A stretch of DNA of 64,000 nt from an uncultured candidate division Zixibacteria bacterium (GCA_963702205.1 OY969724.1:1152001-1216000), one strand, 5' to 3'. Positions 44,701-51,647 are shown, numbered from the stretch's first letter. Notes: a model not told the origin generated them from the letters alone. Numbers and translations: made by a program.

Positions 44701-44868
44701 GTCATGAATTCTATACCCGGAAGTTTCAATACTCTTAATAGATTTATTGCCACTTCGCAAAGTTACGAATCCCGCTTCGCGGCCGGATTCGGGCCCAACT
44801 TTGTGGTTAAGGCCGGAAAACCATACCAGGCTAATGCGGCTGCAACGGCTGTATTTCCGGGACCGTAA
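26758..44868 (+). CDS. Giant secreted repetitive adhesin-like protein (about 6036 aa) with 50 tandem cadherin-like Ig repeats, PKD-like and FN3-like domains
   Basis: Uninterrupted 18.1-kb ORF; signal peptide MKKKSISIALAVLIGAFAFG; repeat NDAPVVSDIPDQTIDEG...WNGSETITFTATDPGLLSDSDPATFTV (ORF track starts 26752). Confidence 0.93.
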   Translation: MKKKSISIALAVLIGAFAFGQTSFASIVPLTSFSNTQQSTASTTLQNSDVVISGSSLQNGVDYLILYSVSYGGNSTSEDPVVSVMYGSTTIANGADEGSSSGTPEAMRVGSLEGYYILTGDGVSDLRIQYRSTRGGTCYIAGKSLIAIPLEQLTLNQDYWFATQNGDAAVMSTTSAFSDLLSTNLNLTESGDYLVLASAEGWTPSGSTSNGEAFRFQVNSTIQKATMAKEWENNAARRSFSYARIHTLNAGVNNFVIQGGPAQGTASKSFRRGRIIVIKANTFDQMVSAVQNSDVTTTANHPTYDNYITNTYTPNQQEYVVIIGNTWGYQGQNARSVVTRLANTTDNIYFSDFISDDAKDITVDRVMFSVFGAEEISSAKTYAFQVSGESSYTTANHFQYGDLIVWSLTPLGDAPPVIAPIGPKSTNELQNLNFTVTATDPNGTTPLLTAESVPASATFTDHSDGTGTFDWTPGSTDNGIYLVSFIASDGALADTEVVSITVYDPGTISVINRISSWTTGLTHTVGSGNNRMLVFAVGHENNGDAPISSVTYGGQTMIRVVEATTAATGFQAHVELWYLNEAGITAATSNQFTVNYTSTAPTDPMYAAASYENVNQTTPIFDFGSNSTTTATPNPITATMNATFNGLSIGTALSGNDGSYTWNNGWTEGYDQSSNATCNMSGADYFESATGTTTASATHSGPNRQAIAALSLQPAPAPQQPPVVSDIPDQTIDEGSTFATISLDNYVDDPDNVDSEISWTYSGNTELSVNIDASRVATITIPSSDWYGSETITFTATDPDLLSDSDPATFTVNNINDAPVVSDIPDQTVDEGSTFTTINLDDFVSDIDNADSEINWTYSGNTELTININASRVATITIPSVDWNGSETITFTATDPGLLSDNDPATFTVNAINDAPVVSDIPDQTVDEGSTFATINLDNYVNDVDNADSEINWTYSGNTELTVNINASRVATISIPGIEWNGSETITFTATDPGLLSDSDPAVFTVNAINDAPVVSDIPDQTIDEGSTFATINLDDYVSDIDNADSEINWTYSGNTELTVNINASRVATITIPSSDWNGSETITLTAIDPGLLSDSDPAVFTVNALNDAPIVSDIPDQTIDEGSTFATVNLDDYVSDVDNADSEINWTYSGNTELSVSIDASRIATITIPSPTWNGSETITFTATDPGLLSDSDPAAFTVTAVNDSPVVSDIPDQTIDEGSTFATINLDDFVTDADNTDAEMTWTYSGNTELSVSIDGSRVATITIPSADWFGTETITFTATDPGLLSDSDPATFTVNNINDAPVVSDIPDQTIDEGSIFATINLDDYVSDIDNADSEINWTYSGNTELTVNINASRVATITIPNVDWNGAETITFTATDPGLLSDNDPATFTVNAVNDAPVVTDIPDRTILEGTTFSTINLDSYVSDVDNADSEINWTYSGNTELTVSIDASHVATITIPSSDWFGAETITFTATDPGLLSDSDPAIFTVNGINDPPVVSDIPNQTIDEGLTFATINLDDFVSDVDNADAEIDWTYSGNTELAVSIDASRIATITAPNVDWFGSETITFTATDPGVLSDSDPATFTVNAVNDAPVVTDIPNQAVTEGSNFTTISLDDFVSDVDNGDAEMTWTYSGNTELTVNIDASRIATITIPSPTWNGSETITFTATDPGLLSDSDPATFAVTAVNDPPVVSDIPDQTIDEGSTFATINLDDFVTDPDNTDAEMTWMYSGNTELSVSIDASRIATITIPSADWFGTETITFTATDPGLLSDSDPATFTVNNINDAPIVSDIPDQTIDEGSTFATINLDNYVSDIDNADSEINWTYSGNTELTVNIDASRIATITIPTTDWNGAETVTFTATDLGLLSDNDPAVFTVNAINDAPVVTDIPDQTIDEGSTFATINLDDFVSDVDNADAEMSWIYSGNTELAVSIDASHVATITIPSSDWFGSETITFTATDPGLLGDSDPVTFTVNNINDAPVVSDIPDQTIDEGLTFATINLDDFVADIDNADAEINWTYSGNTELSVSIDGSRVATISAPDADWNGSETITFTATDPGLLSDSDPATFTVNAVNDAPVVADIPNQLVDEGVSFATINLDDFVSDVDNSDAEMTWTYSGNTELTVGIDGSRVATITIPSPTWNGSETITFTATDPGLLSDSDPATFTVSSINDAPVVSDIPDQTIDEGSTFATINLDDFVTDPDNPDAEMTWTYSGNTELSVSIDGSRVATITIPSADWNGAETITFTATDPGLLADSDAATFTVNSVNDAPVVTNIPDQTIDEGSTFATINLDDFVSDVDNSDAEMTWSYAGNVELTVNIDASHVATITIPSIDWNGVETITFTATDPGLLSDNDPAVFTVNAINDAPIVSDIPDQTIDEVSTFATINLDDFVSDVDNADAEMSWTYSGNTELTVSIDASRIATITAPDADWFGSETITFTATDPGLLGDSDPVTFTVNNINDAPVVSDIPDQTIDEGSTFATINLDNFVSDVDNADAEINWTYSGNTELTVNIDAGHIAAITIPSTDWNGSETITFTATDPGLLSDSDPATFTVNAVNDAPVVTDIPDQTIDEGLTFATINLDDYVSDVDNSDAEISWTYSGNTELTINIDASRVATITIPGAEWYGSETITFTATDPGLLSDSDPAVFTVNNINDAPVVSDIPDQTVAEGTAFATINLDDFVADNDNADNEITWTYSGQSNLNVSIDGSRVATITPVDPNWNGTETITFTATDPGLLFASDAATFMVTAVNDAPVVSGIPDQTIAEGASFTTINLDNYVTDVDNVDADMIWTKSGNTELLVDITNRVATIIIPSPGWVGSETITFRATDPGLLFGEDAATFTVTNVNDAPVVSDIPDQTVAEGDNFVTISLDDYVSDVDNTDAEMTWSATGQTDLTVDIDASHVATITIPYADWNGAETITFTATDPGLLTGSDPATFTVTAVNDAPVVADIPDQTIDEGQPFAAIDLDNFVSDVDNAAAEMTWTYSGNTELTVSIDASRVATITAPDGDWNGAETITFTATDPGLLADSDPATFTVNAVNDAPVVTDIPDQTIDEGSAFATIDLNTYVTDIDNLASEMTWSYSGNTELAVSIDASNTATVTTPNADWFGTETITFTATDPGLLSDSDPATFTVNNINDAPVVSDIPDQTVAEGSPFATINLDDFVSDVDNADNEITWSYSGDANLSVSIDAGRVATITAIDPDWNGSETITFTATDPGLLFDSDPATFTVTAVNDAPVVSGIPDQAIPEGFTFAQINLDNYVTDVDNTDAQMTWTKSGNVELLVDITNRVATIIIPSAQWNGSETITFTATDPGLLSGSDAATFTVSANNDAPVVTTIPNQTINEGSTFTTINLDAYVSDVDNTDAEMTWTTSGETDLTVSIDASRVATITIPSADWYGSETITFRATDPGLLFDETSATFTVNNINDAPVVSDIPDQTVAEGTAFATINLDDFVTDIDNADNQISWTTSGETNLSVSINASRVATITSIDPDWNGSETITFTATDPGLLFASDAATFTVTAVNDAPVVSGIPDQTIPEGSSFATINLDDYAADVDNLDSELGWTYSGNTELTVSIDAAHVATISIPSADWNGSETITFTATDPGLLTGSDNAIFTVTAVNDAPVVSDIPDQTIDEGATFATINLDDYVTDIDNTDAQMTWTYSGNVALSVGINASHVATITTPTVDWNGSETITFTATDPGLLSDNDVATFTVNAVNDAPVVLDIPNQTISEGSSFAIINLDDYVADPDNADNQMSWSYSGQTDLIVNISSRVATIAIPNADWFGSETITFTATDPGLLSDSDPATFTVTNVNDAPVVADIPNQATVEGGSFATINLDDYVSDVDNLDAEMTWTYSGNVELSVSIDASHVATVTTPSPTWNGSETITFRATDPGLLFDEDAATFTVSATNDPPVVSNIPDQTIPEGSSFATINLDNYVDDIDNTDAEITWTYSGNTELSVSIDASRVVTITVPNADWNGAETITFTATDPGLLSDSDPATFTVTAVNDAPVVLDIPDQTIAEGASFTQINLDNYVTDVDNTPAQMIWTKSGNVELLVDISNRIATIIIPNSEWSGSETITFRATDPGSLFGEDVATFTVTAVNDAPVVTDIPNQTVPEGGSFTTINLDDYVSDLDNTDAEMTWTASGQSELSVTIDVSRVATISIPSADWYGSETITFRATDPGLLFDEDAATFTVTNINDAPVVSDVPDQTIAEGASFVTINLDDYVTDIDNADSQIGWTTSGATELSVSISPSRVATINIPTVDWNGSETITFTATDPGLLSDSDPATFTVTAVNDAPVVSDIPDQAVPEGGTFATINLDNYVTDVDNADSEIDWTYSGNTELTVAIDASRIATITTPSPTWNGSETITFTATDPGLLSDSDPATFTVSSVNNPPVVTDIPDQTIDEGGTFATINLDDYVSDVDNADAEITWTYSGNTDLLVDIDVNRVATITTPNADWNGAETITFTATDPGLLANSDAAAFTVNPVNDAPVVADIPDQTIAEGATFLTINLDNFVNDIDNADAEINWVATGQTELSVTIDANRTATVAIPNADWNGSETITFTATDPGLLSDSDPATFTVTAVNDAPVVTDIPDQTVAEGSPFATINLDDFVSDVDNADAELTWSYSGNTELTVVIDASRIATVTTPSPTWNGSETITFTATDPGLLFDSDAAAFTVTGVNNAPVVSDIPDQTIAEGFTFATINLDDYVSDIDNADAEISWTYGGNTELTVSISTARVATIGIPNINWNGSETITFTATDPGLLTDSDPATFTVTAVNDAPVVSNITNQTITEGGSFTTINLDDYVSDVDNPDADINWSYSGNVELSVSIDGNRVATVGIPTPDWNGSETITFTATDPGLLSDSDDATFTVNPVNDAPVVADIPDQTIAEGGTFATINLDDYVNDIDNPDSDMNWTYSGNVQLIVSIDVNRVATITTPNADWNGSETITFRATDPNFLFDTDAATFTATPVNDAPVVLDIPDQTVDEGSAFTLINLDDYVSDIDNLDNQMTWSYSGNTDLIINIVNRVATITIPYVDWNGSETVTFTATDPGLLFSSDAATFTVNAVNDAPVVSNIPDQIVGEGGSFTSINLDDYVSDVDNTDAEMTWTYSGNVELTVAIDGARVATITTPSVDWNGSETITFTATDPGLLSDSDPATFGVSASNDAPVVTDIPDQTIAEGGTFVTINLDDYVSDIDNTDAEMTWTYTGNTELTVTIDASRVATINIPNIDWYGSETITFTATDPGLLSASDPATFTVTNINDAPVVSDIPDQTIDEGLTFAAINLDDFVSDVDNADSEINWTYSGNTELTVNIDASRVATITIPGAEWNGSETITFTATDPGTLFGSDAATFTVNAVNDAPVVTDIPDQTIDEGSTFATISLDDYVSDVDNVDAEMTWTYSGNTELTVSIDASHIATITIPGADWYGSEAITFTATDPGLLADSDPAVFTVNNINDVPVLSDIPDQTIDEGSTFATMNLDDFVSDVDNADAEIAWTYSGNTELTVSIDGSRVATITTPGANWNGSETITFTATDPGLLSASDPATFTVTSVNDAPVLAAIGSQTVAEGDNLHFTTSATDVDGDALTMTAENLPANATYDDNTDGTGSFDFNPDYTQQGVYNVTFIVSDGALADTEIVQITVTGTNRAPVADAGPDQIGIVLGNTVTLDGTGSSDPENDPINYSWVQVSGPSVTLSDAAIAQPTFDPVSPGDYEFELIVDDNVLFSTPDTVLINVINRDAPEAIADLQIAISGSDLVLTWSAITTDVGGFATDIGRYVIYRGTSAYFVPTDFDSIGYTDDLTLTFTDNDLGGADVVGDTLTQYFYTAVAVDIYENHSATSNRVGEYDYQIVITPTTDFSLICVPFENTGITNAVDLINAIGAANVNTVNNYQPLSQSYESRFAAGFGVNFTVNPGGVYQVNARAQTVFSVAGNIPAPGTVIYNLVTTSTTDYSFIVIPFEMESDFAVAQDVMNSIPGSFNTLNRFIATSQSYESRFAAGFGPNFVVKAGKPYQANAAATAVFPGP
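28918..43446 (+). repeat. Intragenic tandem array of 50 units of about 291 bp
   Basis: Units counted in the translation; mostly 97 aa, a few 96 aa. Confidence 0.9.
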
Positions 44869-44883
44869 GGGAGGAGCGGTATA

Positions 44884-47800
44884 ATGACGATAAAAAGACA
44901 TACTGACATAGATGGAGGTTATAAAGTGCGTAGGAATAAGCGCCGAATAAAATGGCCGATAATATCGGTCTGGCTGGCGATTGGATTAATACTGAGTGCG
45001 TCTTCCGCATTTGCGCAGGGTTCGATTTTTGGCACGGTGACCAATGCCAATTTGAGCACACCCGCAAACGGTGATATAAGTTTCTTCGGTTACCTCGATA
45101 ACACGGACGAGGAAATCCGCCTGGAAACGAGCACCGGCGCCGGATATGACGCGGGCAACTGGTTCGATGATTTCCAGAATTATCTGACCGAAGCGCCCGG
45201 TAATCCCTACGATTACCATTTCTACAACGTTGCCAACGGCGAAGGTTTTGTTTTATCCAAACCCATCCCGAATAATTCCTTCCAGCAGGAAAATATAACA
45301 CTGGCAACGGTATCCTGGCCGGCAGCCCCGTCCGGATTGAGCGGCACGCCCGTATCCGGTTCGGCGGTCATTATAACCTGGAACGGAACTCCGGGGTTAA
45401 CCTATCACGTCTATCGCAGGAATGCAACTTCGAGCGGTTCGTTTTTCCGCATCGACGACCCGACCGGCTCGCTGGCTAATCCCGGCGTGACCGATAGTTT
45501 CTTTGTCGATGCGACGGTCGATGGTGCATCATCTTATAATTATCTCGTTGTGGCACAGGACGGGTCCGGCAATCTGGGTCCGCATTCGACCGTTGTAACG
45601 GTCGATGCCTCCAACACGCAGGCCCCGACGCTGGCTTCGGTCGATCCGAATTCTGGTGTCAATACCGGCGGAACCTTTGTCAATATTTACGGTTCGGGCT
45701 TTGACCCGGCCGGAACATCGGTTTCGTTCGCCGGGACGCCGGTGACGGGAACCTATGTTTCACCGTACCATCTGACGGTCAACACGCCCGCCGGAGCCCT
45801 GGGTGCTGCCGGTGTTTCCGTGACCAATACCGCCTCGGGTTTGATTTCCAATATCCTGGCCGGCGGCTTTACTTATGTCAGCAATGCCGCGCCGGTCGTG
45901 GCCGACATTCCCGATCAGACGGTGGCCGAGGGCACCGCCTTTGCGACCATAAATCTTGACAATTATGTCACCGACGTGGACAATGCCCCGTCGGAAATGA
46001 CCTGGACATACAGCGGCAATACGGAATTAACCGTGTCGATCGACGTTTCCCGTGTGGCGACGATTACGGTCCCCAATGCCGACTGGAACGGTGCGGAGAC
46101 GATTACGTTCACCGCCACCGATCCGGGCACACTGTCCGGCAGTGATCCCGCGACGTTCACGGTCACGGCCGTCAACGACGCACCGGTCGTGGCCGACATC
46201 CCCGATCAGACGGTTGCCGAGGGCAACACTTTTGCGACGATCAATCTCGATGACTATGTCACCGACGTGGACAACCTCCCCACGGAGATGACCTGGACAT
46301 ACAGCGGTAATACCGAACTGACGGTGTCGATCGACGGTTCCCGAGTGGCGACGGTATCGGTCCCCACCCCGACCTGGAACGGTTCGGAAACGATTACGTT
46401 TACCGCGACCGACCCGGGTACGCTGTCAGACGGCGATCCCGCGACCTTTACGGTTACCGGCGTCAACAACGCTCCGGTCGTGGCGGACATACCCGATCAG
46501 ACAGTGGCCGAAGGTACCGGCTTCGCGACCATAAATCTCGATGACTATGTCACCGACGTGGACAACCTCCCCACGGAGATGACCTGGACATACAGCGGCA
46601 ATACCGACCTGACGGTTTCAATTGATGGCTCCCGTGTTGCGACTATCACAACCCCCGATGCCAATTGGAACGGTGCGGAGACGATTACCTTCACCGCGAC
46701 CGATCCGGGCACGTTGTCCGGAAGCAATCCGGCGACGTTCACCGTCACGGCCGTCAACGACGCACCGGTCGTGGCCGACATCCCCGATCAGTCGGTGGCC
46801 GAAGGCACGGCCTTCGCGACCATAAATCTCGATGACTATGTCACCGACGTGGACAACCTCCCCACGGAGCTGACCTGGACATACAGCGGCAATACCGACC
46901 TGACGATATCAATTGATGCCTCCCGCGTGGCTACTATTACGGCCCCCGATGCCGACTGGAACGGTGCCGAGACGATCACTTTTACCGCGACCGACCCGGG
47001 CATATTGTCCGGAAGCGATCCGGCGACGTTCACGGTCACGGCCGTCAACGACGCACCGGTCGTGGCTGACATTCCCGATCAGTCGGTGGCCGAAGGTACG
47101 GCTTTCGCAACGATCAATCTCGATGATTATGTTTCAGATATAGACAACTTGCCCACGGAGATGACGTGGACGTACAGCGGTAATACCGACCTGACGGTAT
47201 CCATTGATGCTTCCCGTGTGGCGACAATAACTACGCCCGATGCCGACTGGAACGGTGCGGAGACGATTACGTTTACCGCGACCGATCCCGGTCTGTTGAG
47301 CGCTTCCGATCCCGCAGCGTTTACGGTGACGGCGGTCAACGATGCGCCGGTGGTATCGAATATTCCCGACCAGGCCGTGGCTGAGGGCGGCACGTTTGCG
47401 ACGATTAATCTCGACAATTACGTCACTGACGTCGATAACCTCCCGGCCGAAATGACATGGACGTACAGCGGCAACGTCGAGTTGACGGTGGTTATCGATG
47501 CCTCGCATATTGCAACCGTATCGACACCGTCATCGACGTGGAACGGTGCCGAAACGATCACGTTTACAGCGACCGATCCGGGCCTGCTGAGTGCCGGCGA
47601 TCCGGCCACGTTTACGGTTTCGAGCGTCAACAACCCGCCGGTGGTTACGGACATCCCCGATCAGACCATCGACGAAGGCGGAACGTTCGCTACGATCAAT
47701 CTCGATGACTTCGTGAGCGACGTGGACAACGCCGACGCCGAAATCACGTGGACCTACAGCGGTAATACGGACTTGACCGTATCCATTGATGTCGCCCGTG

Positions 47801-50800
47801 TAGCTACTATTTCGGCTCCCGACGCCGACTGGAACGGTTCGGAAACGATCACGTTCACGGCGACCGATCCGGGCCTGCTGGCCAACAGCGACGCCGCGAC
47901 GTTCACTATCAATGCCGTCAATGACGCGCCGGTAGTGGCCGGTATTCCGGACCAGACCATTTCCGAAGGCAACGCCTTTGCGACCATAAATCTCGATGAC
48001 TATGTAACCGACGTGGACAACCTTGCCACCGAACTGACGTGGACATACAGCGGCAACGTCCAGTTGATAGTAAATATCGATGTTTCCCGAGTGGCTACGG
48101 TTACGACGCCATCGGCGGGTTGGAACGGCGTGGAAACGATTACGTTCACGGCGACCGATCCCGGTCTGCTGGCCGGTTCGGACGATGCCGTCTTCACGGT
48201 TACCGGCGCCAACGATCCGCCGATTCTGGCTGCGATTGGCCCGCAAACCGTGGCTGAAAATAGCAATTTGAATTTCACGGTTTCGGCGACCGACCCCGAG
48301 GGTGTCACGCCGACTCTCTCTGCGAGCGGTCTTCCGACCAACGCTACGTTTACTGACAATCTCGACGGAACCGGCGTGTTCGACTTCACTCCTGATTTCG
48401 ATCAGGAGGGTTCATACCCGGTCGTCTTCAAGGCTTTTGACGGCGTCCTGGTCGATTCGGAAATAGTCGATATAACCGTAACCAATACCAACCGTCTGCC
48501 GGTCCTGGCGGCCATCGGTGCGCAGAGCACGACTGAAGGCGTGCAGTTGACGTTCACCGTCACGGCGACTGATCCCGACGGCACTATCCCGGCTCTGACC
48601 ACGTCGACGCTTCCGGGTACAGCCCTCTTCACGGACAACGGCGATGGGACAGGTGTTTTCGACTGGACTCCCGAGTTTACCGCCGCGGGCGATTATACAA
48701 TTACGTTTTATGCCAATGATGGAACCGATGAGGTGTTCGAGGATGTCCCGATAAGCGTGGTCGAAGCCGGCAATCAGGCTCCTCAGGTTGATACCGTCGA
48801 CACTCAGACGGTTCCCGAGGGTGGCACGCTGTCGGTGCCGATTACGGCGACCGACCCCGATGGTACGATCCCGACTCTGACGGCCGATTCGCTTCCCAAT
48901 AACGCCACGTTTACCGATAATCTCGACGGTACCGGTACTATCGACTTCACGCCGGACTTCAGCCAGAGCGGGACCTATCGCGTTCTGATTATCGCCAACG
49001 ACGGTGAGTTCGTCGATACCATGATAGTTGAAATCATCGTCAACGAACTCGGTAATCAGGCGCCGATCATTTCGGGCATAGCCGATACGACAATCTATGA
49101 AGGCGATTCGCTGGTCGTGGTCGTTTCTGCGACCGATCCCGAAGGAGGATCAGTTTTCTTCACACTGAATACGAATATTATTTCATATCAGTTCTTTGAC
49201 AGCGGTAACGGTACGGCCGTGTTCAGCATGGGCACGGATTATTATGACGCCGGAGTCAGGAATCTGACCATTTTTGCCATAGACAATGGTACTCCCGTTG
49301 CGACCGGTTCGGCGTCGATGGCTATAACCATCAACGACGTCAACCAGCCGCCTGCGTTTGCCGATCTCGGAACGGTCGGTGTCAAAATAGGCAAGACGTT
49401 GAATCTTACGGTTGCCGCGTCCGACTCGACCGATCCCAATACGGCCCATCATCTGTTCCTGACGTCGGTTGGACTTCCGGCCAATTCAACGTTCCTGGAT
49501 AACGGCGACAATACGGCTGCCTTCACTTTCACGCCGACCGAAGCGCAAATCGGTCAGGTGATTGTGACGTTCATCGCGACCGATCAGGGCACGCCGCAAT
49601 TGTCGACCAATTATCCGGTGACGATTAGTATCGTTCTGGAAAACCGTAAGCCGGTCTTCGTAGCTCTGCCGCAATCGGGAGAGGTTCTGGAAGGCGAGTC
49701 GTTGTCGTTCACGGTTGAGGCGACCGATCCCGACGGCACTATCCCGGTGCTGAATGCATCAGGTCCGGGAACCACGGGACTTCCTGATAACGCCACGTTT
49801 GTGGATAACGGCGACGGCACCGGATTATTTACGTTCAACCCCGATTTCGTGCAGGCCGGCCTGTACGGCATATATTTCGAAGCCTCCGACGGCATCGATG
49901 TTGAAAAGAGCGATCCCGTCCTGATTCAGGTCGATGAGGCCGGAAATCAGGCGCCTCAGGTGCAGCCAACGACGCCTCCGGATATTACCGAAGGAACGAC
50001 GGCATCATTCGATGTCACCGCGATCGACCCCGACGGAACGATACCGACTCTTACCGCCGAATCGCTTCCCGAAAACGCGACGTTTACCGACAACGGCGAC
50101 GGAACCGGGACCATCGAATTCTCGCCTTTGTATTATCAGAGCGGGACTTATGATATCATGATCATCGCCTCGGACGGTGTGTTGGAAGACACGTTGACCG
50201 TAACGGTGACGGTGCTCGAAGTGGGCAACCAGGATCCAACGCTGGATGCCATCGCCGATGTCACCGTGAATGAAGGCCAGGTCATTGATTTCACTGTGAC
50301 TGCGTCCGATCCCGATCATGACGTCCTGACGTTCAGCAGCGACCCGCTGCCGGGTACGGCCACTTTGACAGATAACGGCGACAATACGGCCGACTTCCAC
50401 TGGGTTACCGGGTATTTCGATGGTGGTTCTTACGATTTAAATATAACCGTTACCGATCCGGCTTCGGCGACCGCCACTCAGCCGTTCAATATAACGGTGG
50501 GCAACATTAACCGCAGGCCATACGGTTCGCCGTCGGTTTATAATACGACGATTAATGAGCAGGATACGCTGGTTATAAGAGTAACCGGAACGGATCCCGA
50601 CCTGACCATACCGATTATCCGTTTCGACTCGACCAATTATACGCTGCGTCCAAGCATGAATTTTGTCGACAGCGGAAATGGTGTGGCAACTCTGACGTTT
50701 ATACCGACCTATCTGGAAGGTTCAATATCTCCGGGTTCGCAGTATTTTGTCCGCTTCCTGATCATCGATTCGGAAGACCCGGATTCTATTTTCTACACGA

Positions 50801-51624
50801 ACCCGAACACTCAGATATTCGTCCTGAATCGCAACATGCCGCCGTCGATTGACCCGATTTCCGATGTTTCGGTGACTGAAGGCCAATCAATATCGTTCGG
50901 TATCATGGCTCATGACGTAGATCAGGCGGATCCTATTACGACATCACCGCTGCCGGCTGGTGCCGCTTTCCTCGATTGGGGCAACAACTTCGGCGTCTTT
51001 GGGTGGACTCCAAGTTATCTGCAGGCGGGGGTGTATCCAATAGAAATCTATATGACGGACCAGTACGGTCCGGGGGTTGACCAGGTGATTGTCGATACGG
51101 CCGCGTTCACGATAACCGTGCTCGAGGCGGGCAATCAGGCTCCGAGGTTGACAACGGCCCTTCCGGATACGTCGGTAGCCATTGTCAACCGGACCGATAC
51201 CACGCATCTTGTCTTTGTCGATCCGGAACTCGAAAGTATCACGATTACATCCAGTTTCACTCCTCTGAACGCAGTCTTTGTCGATTCCGGTAACGGAGCC
51301 GCCAGCTACCTGTATTCACCCAATTTTTCTGATTTGGGCACGGTCTTCAATGTGTCGTTTACCGCGACCGATGCCAGTGGTGGGGCCAACGTCGTAACGA
51401 CGACATTCAAGGTGCTTGAATTCGTACGCGGCGACGCCAATGCCGACAACGATCTGGATATGTCGGACGCCATGTTCCTGTTTAATTTCCTGTATCGCGA
51501 CGGTCAGGATCCAGCCGTCATGGATGCCGCGGACGTCAATTACGATAAAGACGTCAACCTGATTGATGCCTTGTATTTGTTGAATTATTTCTTCAGACAG
51601 GGCCCGCCGCCGCCATCTCAATGA
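44884..51624 (+). CDS. Large secreted protein (2246 aa): N-terminal domain, FN3-like, IPT/TIG, 8 repeats of the giant's type, about 11 DNGDGTG-type cadherin-like domains, C-terminal dockerin
   Basis: GGAGG SD; PTLASVDPNSG..GGT.V.IYGSGF (IPT); RGDANADNDLDMSD and DVNYDKDVNLID. Confidence 0.92.
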   Translation: MTIKRHTDIDGGYKVRRNKRRIKWPIISVWLAIGLILSASSAFAQGSIFGTVTNANLSTPANGDISFFGYLDNTDEEIRLETSTGAGYDAGNWFDDFQNYLTEAPGNPYDYHFYNVANGEGFVLSKPIPNNSFQQENITLATVSWPAAPSGLSGTPVSGSAVIITWNGTPGLTYHVYRRNATSSGSFFRIDDPTGSLANPGVTDSFFVDATVDGASSYNYLVVAQDGSGNLGPHSTVVTVDASNTQAPTLASVDPNSGVNTGGTFVNIYGSGFDPAGTSVSFAGTPVTGTYVSPYHLTVNTPAGALGAAGVSVTNTASGLISNILAGGFTYVSNAAPVVADIPDQTVAEGTAFATINLDNYVTDVDNAPSEMTWTYSGNTELTVSIDVSRVATITVPNADWNGAETITFTATDPGTLSGSDPATFTVTAVNDAPVVADIPDQTVAEGNTFATINLDDYVTDVDNLPTEMTWTYSGNTELTVSIDGSRVATVSVPTPTWNGSETITFTATDPGTLSDGDPATFTVTGVNNAPVVADIPDQTVAEGTGFATINLDDYVTDVDNLPTEMTWTYSGNTDLTVSIDGSRVATITTPDANWNGAETITFTATDPGTLSGSNPATFTVTAVNDAPVVADIPDQSVAEGTAFATINLDDYVTDVDNLPTELTWTYSGNTDLTISIDASRVATITAPDADWNGAETITFTATDPGILSGSDPATFTVTAVNDAPVVADIPDQSVAEGTAFATINLDDYVSDIDNLPTEMTWTYSGNTDLTVSIDASRVATITTPDADWNGAETITFTATDPGLLSASDPAAFTVTAVNDAPVVSNIPDQAVAEGGTFATINLDNYVTDVDNLPAEMTWTYSGNVELTVVIDASHIATVSTPSSTWNGAETITFTATDPGLLSAGDPATFTVSSVNNPPVVTDIPDQTIDEGGTFATINLDDFVSDVDNADAEITWTYSGNTDLTVSIDVARVATISAPDADWNGSETITFTATDPGLLANSDAATFTINAVNDAPVVAGIPDQTISEGNAFATINLDDYVTDVDNLATELTWTYSGNVQLIVNIDVSRVATVTTPSAGWNGVETITFTATDPGLLAGSDDAVFTVTGANDPPILAAIGPQTVAENSNLNFTVSATDPEGVTPTLSASGLPTNATFTDNLDGTGVFDFTPDFDQEGSYPVVFKAFDGVLVDSEIVDITVTNTNRLPVLAAIGAQSTTEGVQLTFTVTATDPDGTIPALTTSTLPGTALFTDNGDGTGVFDWTPEFTAAGDYTITFYANDGTDEVFEDVPISVVEAGNQAPQVDTVDTQTVPEGGTLSVPITATDPDGTIPTLTADSLPNNATFTDNLDGTGTIDFTPDFSQSGTYRVLIIANDGEFVDTMIVEIIVNELGNQAPIISGIADTTIYEGDSLVVVVSATDPEGGSVFFTLNTNIISYQFFDSGNGTAVFSMGTDYYDAGVRNLTIFAIDNGTPVATGSASMAITINDVNQPPAFADLGTVGVKIGKTLNLTVAASDSTDPNTAHHLFLTSVGLPANSTFLDNGDNTAAFTFTPTEAQIGQVIVTFIATDQGTPQLSTNYPVTISIVLENRKPVFVALPQSGEVLEGESLSFTVEATDPDGTIPVLNASGPGTTGLPDNATFVDNGDGTGLFTFNPDFVQAGLYGIYFEASDGIDVEKSDPVLIQVDEAGNQAPQVQPTTPPDITEGTTASFDVTAIDPDGTIPTLTAESLPENATFTDNGDGTGTIEFSPLYYQSGTYDIMIIASDGVLEDTLTVTVTVLEVGNQDPTLDAIADVTVNEGQVIDFTVTASDPDHDVLTFSSDPLPGTATLTDNGDNTADFHWVTGYFDGGSYDLNITVTDPASATATQPFNITVGNINRRPYGSPSVYNTTINEQDTLVIRVTGTDPDLTIPIIRFDSTNYTLRPSMNFVDSGNGVATLTFIPTYLEGSISPGSQYFVRFLIIDSEDPDSIFYTNPNTQIFVLNRNMPPSIDPISDVSVTEGQSISFGIMAHDVDQADPITTSPLPAGAAFLDWGNNFGVFGWTPSYLQAGVYPIEIYMTDQYGPGVDQVIVDTAAFTITVLEAGNQAPRLTTALPDTSVAIVNRTDTTHLVFVDPELESITITSSFTPLNAVFVDSGNGAASYLYSPNFSDLGTVFNVSFTATDASGGANVVTTTFKVLEFVRGDANADNDLDMSDAMFLFNFLYRDGQDPAVMDAADVNYDKDVNLIDALYLLNYFFRQGPPPPSQ
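45883..48210 (+). repeat. Intragenic tandem array of 8 units of 291 bp
   Basis: Same unit as the 28918..43446 array. Confidence 0.9.
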
Positions 51625-51647
51625 TGACATGATTTGAAATGCAATAT

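Noticed and set aside
28918..48210. Regular repeats as a CRISPR array or DGR template/variable pair
   Set aside because: Units are in-frame coding domains with no unique spacers; differences are not adenine-specific; no cas or reverse transcriptase gene is present.
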